A stretch of 20,000 bases of DNA, taken from the NCBI GenBank assembly GCA_000934665.2, contig KZ538421.1, forward strand, positions 52,337 through 72,336. The letters run 5' to 3'. The position numbers and the translations under genes were made by a program. Positions 1 through 9,464 of the stretch are shown here, one piece after another. Every line of letters starts with the position of its first letter. Position 1 is the stretch's first letter. The notes below the pieces were generated by a model, which was not told where the DNA came from, ran no database searches, and worked only from the letters and a program-made list of their open reading frames with translations. The DNA is from Catajapyx aquilonaris. Its lineage: Eukaryota.

Positions 1-257
1 AAGCCTTATTTAGTATTCATCTCACATCCTCCTTTCCTCACCTTCCGTCCCATCATCTTGTTCCACCCACTACATACCAAACGCCAGGGTCTCTAATTTT
101 CAATTTGTAAACACTGTCACATGCTAGCTGCAATTTCCCTGCTCAGTTATGCAAAGAATTGATATTCTGCATGAGATGAATAAAGGCGATTCGAAGAAAT
201 CCGCAAATTATTTATTCCTAAATCCCACAAGATTTTGTAACCAATATTGTTTTAAAT

Positions 258-737
258 TCAACTTTTGTTACACCCTGCAGTGACGCACACTCTCTCCCTG
301 AACCAGTTCCCGCCAACTTTGAAACAATAATAACATCCACCCTCTGCCTTCCAAGTGTCTAACACTTCGTAGATAGAAAATAATGATCTGCCAGCGTGAA
401 ACCTGAACCAGCACCTCGGGGTCACGAATTTGGTCTGCCAATCAACATTAGAAAATACGTGTGGCGTCCCTAGTGGGACACAGGATAAATATTTGTACAA
501 TGTACTGTAGGTGAATAAATCACTCTTAAACGTGGATCCAAAGTCCCTTAGAGACTTGAAGCGGTACGACATGGTAACGCACTTCGCCTTTAGACAGCTA
601 CCTTTAGCAAAGGTAGCCCCCAGAAAAAACTGGTTACATAGAGTATAAGAAAAATCTATTGTTATTCTATCATAAACTGATAAATTATTCACAAGGGGTT
701 CATCAGGGTTTAATTGGCCACCTTTTCTCGCCGCCAT
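258..737 (-). CDS. Candidate intronless orphan ORF, 159 aa, Cys/aromatic-rich, unknown function
   Basis: Uninterrupted ATG-to-stop frame of 159 codons in AT-rich DNA. Start context is gtaATGG and AATAAA lies on the same strand about 40 nt after the stop (plus-strand tttatt 211-216). The C-terminus has CYYC...CVTAGC. No homology recognised. Confidence 0.35.
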   Translation of the reverse strand: MAARKGGQLNPDEPLVNNLSVYDRITIDFSYTLCNQFFLGATFAKGSCLKAKCVTMSYRFKSLRDFGSTFKSDLFTYSTLYKYLSCVPLGTPHVFSNVDWQTKFVTPRCWFRFHAGRSLFSIYEVLDTWKAEGGCYYCFKVGGNWFRERVCVTAGCNKS

Positions 738-1334
738 TACCTACATCTATCATTAGGGTGTAAAATCGATGATTTCTACTGAAAATTCAGGTAGGACTGG
801 TTACACAAATGAAACTCGGTTCCACCTGGCTGCTAGCATTCTATCTTCAACAGCTGCCACCAATTTAATTGCCGGAAGTTCCGACCCATCTCAGTGGGAA
901 ATATACATCTTCCGCTTCTCGACTACAGAATAACAGGGTGAGTCATGATATCCCTCCAAACTGTTAATCCACATTGTACAGTACACCGCTAAGGAGTGTT
1001 CATAATTTGTCTATAACTCCAGATTTATTATGCAACAAAATTGGTTCAATTAATTAACCTGATTTAGCTTCGAGAAATTTATGACTAGTTTTCTGTTCTG
1101 GCAAACATCTCACAATACACCCTCCTGTTTGGTCACAAACAATCCACAGAATCCTAACTCAGTCTCCAAGACAGGGAATTGCCCTCGCTGGGAGTGAATC
1201 GTAGCTCCACTGTATCACTGTTGGACACGCTGGCAACTCTTCGACGTTTCGTAGTCTTTTAACCTGTTGAATTAGGATTCAGTGCGTTGCTCTAAGGCGA
1301 TAAATACACAAAAACTTCAAATAAGCCGATTTAA

Positions 1335-1760
1335 AGGGACACTCCACTCAAAATACAAGTTGGCCCCCAAAAATCGGGCAAAAAATCCTGATTCCGAATG
1401 TGCAATCGTTTTTTTTCTACGCCCAACGGTAACACGGAAAATCATATATCTACACACGTCGTCTCGCGTCGTCTGCTAAGAAGGGCGATACAACAGCATC
1501 TCGCGGCAAACCGGAGAAGTAGAGAAGGTGCTCAACAAACAACTGCCGCGCCAGGATGCCTTCTCTAGTTCCGCCCGGTTCCACTGTGGTGGCGTCGCCA
1601 CCTGCGCCCACCTTCCCCGCGCGCGGTTTTCGAACGACACACTTCCAGCTTTCACACTGGCCTTAACGTTCGTCTCTAAGAAAAACTGCTTATACCCTCG
1701 GAATCAGGGTTTTTTGCCCGATTTTTAGAACCCAACTTGTATTTTGAATGGAGTGTCCCT
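1335..1760. mobile_element. Kolobok/T2-type MITE, copy 1
   Basis: TTAA on both flanks (1331-1334, 1761-1764), termini AGGGACACTCC...GGAGTGTCCCT, imperfect TIRs of roughly 70-100 bp. A TTAA TSD with AGGRR ends is the T2/Kolobok signature. Confidence 0.85.
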
Positions 1761-2910
1761 TTAACTCTGATTTCTCTACAAGAAAAGGTAACTGCCACTG
1801 AAGTTACACAAAATACTATTCACAATTTTACTACTTTACAGGGTCATCAGTAACCGCTCCAACATTTGCATAAGACCACAATAAGAGGTCCGTTTTACGG
1901 ATATTAAAAATGTATTTAAAAAATGATCAAAAGATGTGAACAATTGACTCTGCCAATACCTTTTTGTAGGGGATCGTGCTCATGTTTTTAATAGTCACGC
2001 TATACATGGATCGAACGTGTAGAATATGGAGTATCACGCACGCCTATGCCATTCTGAGTACAAAATCGTGTAAAATCAAGCATCATATTGCTCTTCATGG
2101 CAAGTACTGCTAATTACCCCCATATTTTTGCCACCAGATACTATTGAATCGCCAAATGCTCAGACATGCACTAATAAAAGCATCGACAATTTATGGTCTC
2201 CGTTGTTCATATCGCATACCATTTAGTTATTCTGGCCATAACAATTGGGTTGTTTTTCTAGGAAGACTTTCCAGAGACAATAGGAAGAAAATATTAGTAC
2301 AAAGCAGCCCAAGATATTGACACTCATATATAAGGATGTTTTAGAGCAGTGTAGCAGACTAAATCGCACGTACAGTCAGGAGAAAATGATATATAAGCAG
2401 ACCAGGGCCAGGGGTTCACTAAATTTTGGTGACGTCTCTGTTCCAAATATACAAAAGTTGACCTTATAATCTATCCAATTATACAATAACTCTGGAGCAG
2501 ATTTTTTTTTCTTTTGCTCGTGACCGTATATTTTCCTAGGCTAGCCGTTTTCACCGAACAAACTACGCTACTAGTGCAACAGGATATTCTGCTTGCACTA
2601 CTTCAAAGTACCGCTATTTCCTGTGCTGCAGAAAGAAAAGCAATTGGTGGTCGCCGCAAAAAGATAGATTTAGCTTACTCACGACATAAGATAAGATTGT
2701 ATTTAGTCTCCATAAGTCCTAGAAGCTCTGGAAAGTGTCGGAACAAGAATCATATACTGATACTATCTGTAAAAAGTGGCCTTATCTAGGAAATAGTTTC
2801 GGTGCGTTACCAAATGACCACGTCATGTGATTTGGATTTTAAAAACATTTTGTAAAAAGCAAGATCATAAGTGGTTGCCCATACGTTTAGTCAGACTTCC
2901 CTACAAAAAG

Positions 2911-3050
2911 TACTATGGTGCTCAAGTTGTTTCGGCCACTTTATCTTGGTCTTGAAGCAACCCTTCGCACAGGCCCCACGGTGAGCAGGCGTGTGAAGGG
3001 TTGCTTCAAGACCATGATAAAGTGACCAAAACAATTTGAGCCCCATAGTA
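2911..3050. mobile_element. Short foldback MITE with ~60-bp arms and TA ends
   Basis: TACTATGGTGCTCAAGTTG...CCCTTCGCAC is the near reverse complement of GTGTGAAGGG...GAGCCCCATAGTA, with about 20 nt of spacer. Confidence 0.75.
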
Positions 3051-5083
3051 CGTCAAACTGCTTTAAATGTTCACTAAACATGACGTTAATATTCAACGAG
3101 CTTTATTGTAACATTATTTTTAATTATTTATTTTTATTGCAACTTTTTGAGAGTTCTGGGTCATCCTCAGCTGAACCCCGCCCCATGCCAGGGGTATACT
3201 CATTAGACGACCCCTTTAAAATCTTATGAATTCCTGAAAAATGCCATAATACATACTGACATACATTGCACTAAAAATCTGGGTCGAAAACGTTCTAGTC
3301 GCAGAGTCAGATAGGGCCCATCATGGCATTTTGAAAAATGTCGGAAGTCCTGCTCCCTTGAAGAGTGACAGGGGCCATATCCGCCAGTACAAGAAATCAC
3401 CGCAATCAGCCCGACAAAAGGCTGAATTGCAGACATGGGGCCAAAGCCGCAAAAAAGTGGTGAGAAATGAAATAGCTTTCCTATTTGTACGGAAGGTGGC
3501 CTTCAAACCTGTTAGTTGCTAAGGCCAGGTATTATACATGTCGGACTAATTGTAACGATATTGGCCTGATTAATTGTTTAAAACTATGAAAAACAAGGAA
3601 TAAATTAATATGACTGTGTTACTCCATGTTTAATCCAAGGTACACGAACATACTTACCTTACATAATATTGTTATCCATTATCTGTTGAGGCGTTGCTTG
3701 AACAAAATGTTTTATCACGAGATAAGACAGTAAAAATACACATTCAGTTTGTACTAAAAAGGAGTACGGAAGAGTGGCCGATAACGCATCCGTATGTGGT
3801 TCTACCGTATGTCAACTAACCTCGCATACATACGACTAAAATACTAGCGTACATTTAGTTATCGCCCTGAATTATTTCAGTTGTATTTCGTTCAAAACCT
3901 TTGTTATCAAGAAATTATCAAGTTACACCAAATGTTTTAAAATGACATCACAGCGTGTATTGTTCTGCTAAACAATACGTCTTTATAGGAAACAAGCGTG
4001 TGCAAGGATGTGCAGTGTGCCGCGGATTTATTTGAACTTCTGGAAGATCAATCACAAAGCGGCTCATTTTGGTATTCCTTTGAGAATTACAAGGAGACCA
4101 CCCTCTTTGAGTCTTCCGCCATTCATTCACAAGAGGATGTTAGTTTCGCTACAAGGCTGCTGCGGTTTTGTCAATATTTACATGAAATACCTTGCGCAAT
4201 ATTTAGAGTCATGGAATTTAGAAATGCTATCTCTTCATAATGACACAAAATGCTCATCATCCTCTTTCCAACTCTAACATTTTCGTCCTCTGCTAATGAT
4301 GTCCTTTTAATTTTTTTGGGGGTGTTCCGCCTATTAATCTTAGGGTTGGGAAATTAAGGCTGTTGCCATGATGAGACATTACTGTTGATAGCATGCCGCT
4401 GTAATCTGTAAGGACTGGGACGATATACACACGCTTTCAAAAATGTTCATCAAAATTCTGGCTACCAATAAATTACTCTCTAGCTACGATAACAAAGTGT
4501 TCAAAAACTTTTGTTCACGCCTGTACAACTCCCGTACCTATGAATTTATCACCCGAATATCACTTTCTGCCACCAGAACACCGTTAACACCACTCCATCG
4601 AGTACAAAATTAATAACAATCACCATTGTTGCCTTTACAAGATATGCATCATTAGTGTCAAACACAGCTCACTCCATTTGCAAAGAAGAAATGGGAGCTT
4701 TCCTTCACGAACCTATATCTATAAGAAGCGGCCTGAGATATGGCTCTCTAAATTTCTTGTCCGGAACGTCACGTGATCAAAAAATCAGTTAGCAATAATG
4801 AGGAAAATCTATTACAGAAGAAATGAGGCAAAGAAAGTGGAGCACCAAATGCGGTGATAACTCTTTCTAAACGGAAAAGAGTCTAACGTACACGTTTCTT
4901 AAAAGCAAATATCGTCAGCATGGTAGTCCTTAAATAATAAGCCAGCAAGCCAGGATTTTCTGTCTTCACTAGCATGTAAACAAGTGCAAGGTTAAATATT
5001 TCGCTTATTTTCGATTATCTCGAATCTGGTTTTGTGGATTTCACTTGTATATACGGTATATTCTTTCGATTAATTTGCCTTAA

Positions 5084-5592
5084 AGGGACACTCCACTCAA
5101 AAAACAAGTTGGGCTCAAAACATCGGGCAAAAAATCCTGATTCCGAGGGTATAAGCAGTTTTTCTGAGAGACGAACGGTAAGGCCAGGGCGAGCCGTCAA
5201 AGTATCAGAATTTGCGTCGTCTGCTAATGAGCTGCCCCTCCAGTCTAGCCCGCCCCACTAGTCCGCGCCGCCACCGGGTACTAGGCGAAACTGGTTCAGA
5301 ACTGAAAGTCGGGTCTGGTGGGGAGGTGGCCGGATGAAGACTGTGGCACTGAGCAAAGATGGCGTCGGCTGTGGCGTCGACCGGCGTAGACCAAAGATGG
5401 CTGAGGATTATCCAAATTTCTGCCCAGACCCGGGAGAGGCGCTGCTCTTTTGCGCCAGATTCGAATTGCCGAACTTTGTCGGCTCGCCCTGGCCTTACCG
5501 TTCGTCTCTCAGGAAAACTGTTTATACCCTCGGAATCAAGATTTTTAGCCCGATTGTTAGAGCCCAACCTGTATTTTGAGTGGAGTGTCCCT
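5084..5592. mobile_element. Kolobok/T2-type MITE, copy 2
   Basis: TTAA at 5080-5083 and 5593-5596, ~120-bp TIRs starting AGGGACACTCCACTCAAAA. Same TIR family as 1335-1760 with a GC-rich interior. Confidence 0.9.
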
Positions 5593-6170
5593 TTAATAAA
5601 TCATAACTTTTGTCAACATCCTATAAAAATATTTAAAAATAATCAGTCGATTCTACAGTATCTCAATGCTGACAGTACCAAAATTATAATATTTGACGCC
5701 TTTTGGAATTTTGTGTGTTTTCACTTGGGACGGTAGAATAATTTCGCTTGACTCGAGAGTTAAAAATACGACACAATATTTTTTGTTACAGGCAATCAAC
5801 AACAAAGTCCGTTTTATTACAGAGCTGGCACCACACCAGGATCTATTGTACCCGCGTACAAATTACGCGTCCTTTTGTGTGTCGTCTCACAAATCATGGC
5901 TTCAAAAGGCGCTCTTGAAAGTTTCTGAGCATAAAAATGTCAAATAGTAGGGTTCTTTTCCGCCACTAATCGCGTGAGGCTTCTAGGTAATTCCATGACA
6001 AATCGTCACGAATCGTTGGAAATCCTATCATGCATTTTCAAAAAAAACTTGACTTAAAATTTCATTTCAAACTGAAATACAATAAATAAAGCACAGACTT
6101 ATTTCCAACCCACTCTGCGTGCAATAGACAAAAAATTTAAGTGTGACACATGTTAATGACATTAAACCCG

Positions 6171-6321
6171 CAGTCCTTTAAACGAGAGAACGATCTGACG
6201 TCACAGCATCCATGTTTTCTGAGTATGCGCAGCAGAGTGATTCGGGGACGTGATAGCAGGGAAGAGCCGGGTGGAGGCGGGCTAAACGTGACGTCAGATC
6301 GTTCTTTTACTTAAAGGACTG
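6171..6321. mobile_element. 151-bp MITE with CAGT termini (Tc1/mariner-like ends)
   Basis: CAGTCCTTTAA..AGAACGATCTGACGTCAC is inverted at the right end (GTGACGTCAGATCGTTCT..TTAAAGGACTG). TA follows on the right only. Confidence 0.7.
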
Positions 6322-6397
6322 TAGAGCCACAATTTTTTGATAAAAATTTGTAATTTTCAACACAGCTGTGAGACTAATAAAATGTAATTGGACTTAC

Positions 6398-6565
6398 ATA
6401 TTCCAGCTCGTTTTCGACCAGATCTTTGGTCAGTTCAATTCCCTCACGCTGTTTCATTAATCCCAGGCTTGTTTCGTTAACCTTTTTTGCTTCTCCCAGT
6501 GTCACTAGAGCGTCTTCCATAAAATGCTTGGCATCATCCAACAGGTCTTGCTCATTACGGAGGCG
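6398..6565 (-). CDS. Tektin-family gene, exon RLRNEQDLLDDAKHFMEDALVTLGEAKKVNETSLGLMKQREGIELTKDLVENELEY
   Basis: Acceptor ttttttcgtcctttcag, donor gtaagt, 168 nt, phase 0/0, no stops. REGIELTKDLVENEL matches the tektin R-x-GI[DE]L-x-x-D-x-VE-x-EL motif. Not in the ORF track; translated manually. Confidence 0.88.
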
Positions 6566-6612
6566 CTGAAAGGACGAAAAAAAAGTTTTGAGTAGTTACT
6601 GTTTGTCTATAG

Positions 6613-7067
6613 CAGTGACTAGCCAGGATTCCAGTTCGGGGGGGGGGNNNNNNNNNNNNNNNNNNNNNNNNNNNNNNNNNNNNNNNNNNNNNNNNNNNNN
6701 NNNNNNNNNNNNNNNNNNNNNNNNNNNNNNNNNNNNNNNNNNNNNNNNNNNNNNNNNNNNNNNNNNNNNNNNNNNNNNNNNNNNNNNNNNNNNNNNNNNN
6801 NNNNNNNNNNNNNNNNNNNNNNNNNNNNNNGGGGGGGGGGGGGTCGCCCCACCGCTCCGATCCGCCACTGGTATACAGTCAGTAATTAAAACATCCGAGA
6901 TGAGCCAAATTGGATGGAAGTGAGTTGCCGGGAAGGCATGTCAAAAATTCCAGTGCTAAACCTGAAACTTTTTCTCTATATGTTCATGGGAACTTTGAAA
7001 ACCCGATTAAAAAAAAAATCCACAAGAGTTCGCCCCCCCCCCTCCCCCCCCCGGGGCTACGTCACTG
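6613..7067. mobile_element. hAT-type MITE with 8-bp TSD, containing the end of a second nested MITE
   Basis: GTCTATAG duplicated at 6605-6612 and 7068-7075. Termini CAGTGACTAGCC and GGCTACGTCACTG. An internal second terminus GATCCGCCACTG ends at 6870. Confidence 0.8.
6648..6830. other. Assembly gap (183 N) between poly-G tracts
   Basis: Run of N flanked by G homopolymers. Confidence 1.
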
Positions 7068-7569
7068 GTCTATAGTCTCTAACCCTCCCTTCTAGTTAGA
7101 AACGTTTCTTAGTACACAGTGTGTGGCAGGAATATTAATATTGTGGCACTGCTAGAATTAAATTCAACTGAATGTAGTTCCACCATAAATGTTATATACC
7201 AGCACACAGCATGTAAGAGTCAACAATAAAATAAATATCATTATACTGTATAATGAACTGAACGCACTCTATTCTCAGTTATGGCAGCGATGTGTTGCTG
7301 TTTATATTTGTTATTATTTTCAATTGGTTAAAAGTTTTTGGTCAAATCTATCACTTTTTAGGTAACTTTGAAAGGGTCGTTAATCAGGAATCTTTATAAG
7401 TCTCTCTATAAGTAGTCTATATTGATACGAATGCGCCCGCCTGTCCTCTGGCCAGTTGAGTGCTCTTCATACTCAATAAATCTGAGCTTGGGTAGCAAAA
7501 TTAAATTTCAGCCCTAGACACGTCGAGAATACAGAATATTTGTGACAAACTATGTAGTCAGTTAGTGAA

Positions 7570-7660
7570 TGGGAGATTTTTGGACAATCGGAAGAGAGAG
7601 AAATACTCCGAGAAAACCCACGCGAGCACAGAGAGAACCTCTCGAAACTCTTTCCACACA
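7570..7660 (-). mobile_element. Degenerate SINE body fragment (V-domain-like)
   Basis: The plus-strand stretch ...ccgagaaaacccacgcgagcacagagagaac..aaactc..cacaca resembles the reverse complement of the conserved V-type SINE body (recalled by eye). No head or TSD seen. Confidence 0.4.
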
Positions 7661-7835
7661 ATTCATTGTAGGACTCAAGGAATTTTTCTGCTACACAATA
7701 TTAACAAATAGTTGGGGAAGATTAGAATATGGATCATGAGATGTTGATTCACTCCAAGCAAATTGATGTGGCCATGTGGATAAGATTGTTATTTTCCTGA
7801 ACCCTCAACGAAAGTTTACAAAAATAAATGCTTAC

Positions 7836-7974
7836 CATGATGTGGTTTTCGAAGCTGGTAACAGCCGCATGCAAGCTGTCCACTTTATCACCCAGCAAAC
7901 CTTCTACCATCCTATTCGTATTATGTGCCTTATCCCTCATGTTGTCCAAAGACTGCTTAGATAAGTTGATCAAT
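7836..7974 (-). CDS. Tektin-family gene, exon LINLSKQSLDNMRDKAHNTNRMVEGLLGDKVDSLHAAVTSFENHIM
   Basis: Acceptor ctcaaattccag, donor gtaagc, 139 nt, phase 2/0, compatible with both neighbours. Coiled-coil character; LGDKV aligns with tektin LGERV. Confidence 0.85.
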
Positions 7975-7987
7975 CTGGAATTTGAGC

Positions 7988-8010
7988 ACAACAACAACTA
8001 CAACAACAGC

Positions 8011-8088
<78 letters not shown>
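7988..8088. repeat. Compound microsatellite: imperfect (CAA)n then (AAT)26
   Basis: Perfect (AAT)26 at 8011-8088, preceded by CAA-type units. Lies inside a 197-nt intron. Confidence 0.98.
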
Positions 8089-8089
<1 letters not shown>

Positions 8090-8171
8090 TTAGGGCCAGT
8101 TTCATCAATACAAATAATGGGATTTAACTGTATGACGTTCGAAATTAATATAAATAATTTTAAATACTTAC

Positions 8172-8365
8172 TTTCCGGAGCTATCCAAATCAGACTGGGT
8201 TATGTTCATCATGTCACCGAACTCTCGTGACCAGCCAAAATGCGAATAACGATGTGCATCAGTAGGAACTAGCACTCGCTCTTGGCAGTCAAGCTTTTCA
8301 GGACACACAAGAGTAGGTGTGTATTCCGCCCTATGAGTGACCGTACGAAAGGGCTTCAGATTGTC
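8172..8365 (-). CDS. Tektin-family gene, exon DNLKPFRT...HRYSHFGWSREFGDMMNITQSDLDSSG(K)
   Basis: Acceptor ttttctttctcatcgggcag, donor gtaagt, 194 nt, phase 0/2. RYSHFGW corresponds to the RY-x-x-x-x-W motif that opens the tektin domain. Confidence 0.85.
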
Positions 8366-8500
8366 CTGCCCGATGAGAAAGAAAAAAGTCATTAGCTCTG
8401 CTCTCTGAAAAACTAATACTAGAAGCAGATTTTACACACTTTACAACTATTGAATGAATTTGACGACAGATTGCTTTTTATAAATATCCTGGATTCCTAC

Positions 8501-8689
8501 CTTTGCTCCAGCTGGAGGGCCAAGGTCCGCCATGGACAGAGGTGGTCCAAGGGGGTACATGCGTGTCAAGGGTAATGCCTGACCACAACCACAAGAACAC
8601 CCTGGGGCCCTGCACTGACACACGCTCTTCGGTTTCATCAACTTGAATTCGCCACCCTTCTTGAAGGTGCTGCCTTTTCTGAGACCCTT
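8501..8689 (-). CDS. Tektin-family gene, N-terminal head exon KGLRKG...VCQCRAPGCSCGCGQALP...PPAGAK
   Basis: Acceptor atttctctgttgtatag, donor gtagga, 189 nt, phase 0/0, open and in frame with the flanking exons. Confidence 0.75.
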
Positions 8690-9219
8690 CTATACAACAG
8701 AGAAATAGCATTTATTATTCCAGAGCTACAACAGAGGTACGCTATGAGTTATGTTCCGTTCATACCATTACGGTTTTGATGAATCTTGATAACATGACCA
8801 TCATAACCAAAATGAAAATATCGATCAAAATGTTCAAAAAAATTGTCCCTCACCGAACGTCAACAACAACTGAGAGAGCGACTGTCATTGGAATGTGGCA
8901 GGAGGCCTTACCAGTCAGAAAATAATGTCGTTTCCATTATCTACTTAATGGCTTAAAGGAAGGATTAATGCGCTTGGGGGAGAGTGGAACTTTAAGATGC
9001 TTATGGAGACGTACTGTTGCGGTTAAGTCGCCTGGGAAGGGTCGCTTCGTCACCATCCCCTTAGAGCTATTATACATGGTTTCTTTTCTGGCCATGTTCA
9101 AGATATGTTACTTTTATATCAATCAGAGTTGCAGGGAGCATGGAACACATAAGTTCAACTTTTTTTTTTTTTCATTTATGATTCAGATGCTTGAATGTCA
9201 TAAACCTTCATGTCCTTAC

Positions 9220-9464
9220 CCAGGGATCCTCATCGAAGACAGGACTGAATTGCGGCTTGTAGTACGTCTCTGAGCTGGTCTCCAACTCATGTGGTTCTTC
9301 GTGTAGCACGGTGCGATTTTCGTAGAAGAGTGGTGGAGGCAGAGTTCTTGGGTAACCTGGGCATGTTACATATTGCTTGGGCAGATCATAAGGGTTGTAA
9401 CCTGGGCATACTTGAAATTGCCTGGGCCGAGTGAAAGGCATCGCAATGCCTTTGAGATCGCCAT
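9220..9464 (-). CDS. Tektin-family gene, N-terminal head exon GDLKGIAMPFTRPRQFQVCPGY...FDEDPW
   Basis: Acceptor acacctcttttcag, donor gtaagg, 245 nt, phase 1/0, open frame. An in-frame ATG at 9441 is an alternative start. Confidence 0.75.

Noticed and set aside
934..1123. CAGGGTG...CACCCT pair suggesting another Tc1/mariner MITE
   Set aside because: TA flanks are absent and the inverted match is too short.
3998..4277. Two plus-strand ORFs of 80-89 aa
   Set aside because: Non-ATG starts, no recognisable homology and no consistent splice signals.
5015..5736. Several overlapping ORFs of 61-125 aa
   Set aside because: They lie over the Kolobok-type MITE. The mirror-image peptides simply reflect the TIRs, and no transposase motifs are present.
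5896..5941. Minus-strand peptide DIFMLRNFQERLLK resembling the next tektin segment
   Set aside because: No AG acceptor precedes it, a stop follows within two codons, and the downstream sequence is not tektin-like.
6588..6923. ORFs with long X runs
   Set aside because: Artefacts of translating the N gap.
7828..8230. Poly-Asn and poly-Ile plus-strand ORFs
   Set aside because: Translations of the (AAT)n microsatellite, antisense to real exons.
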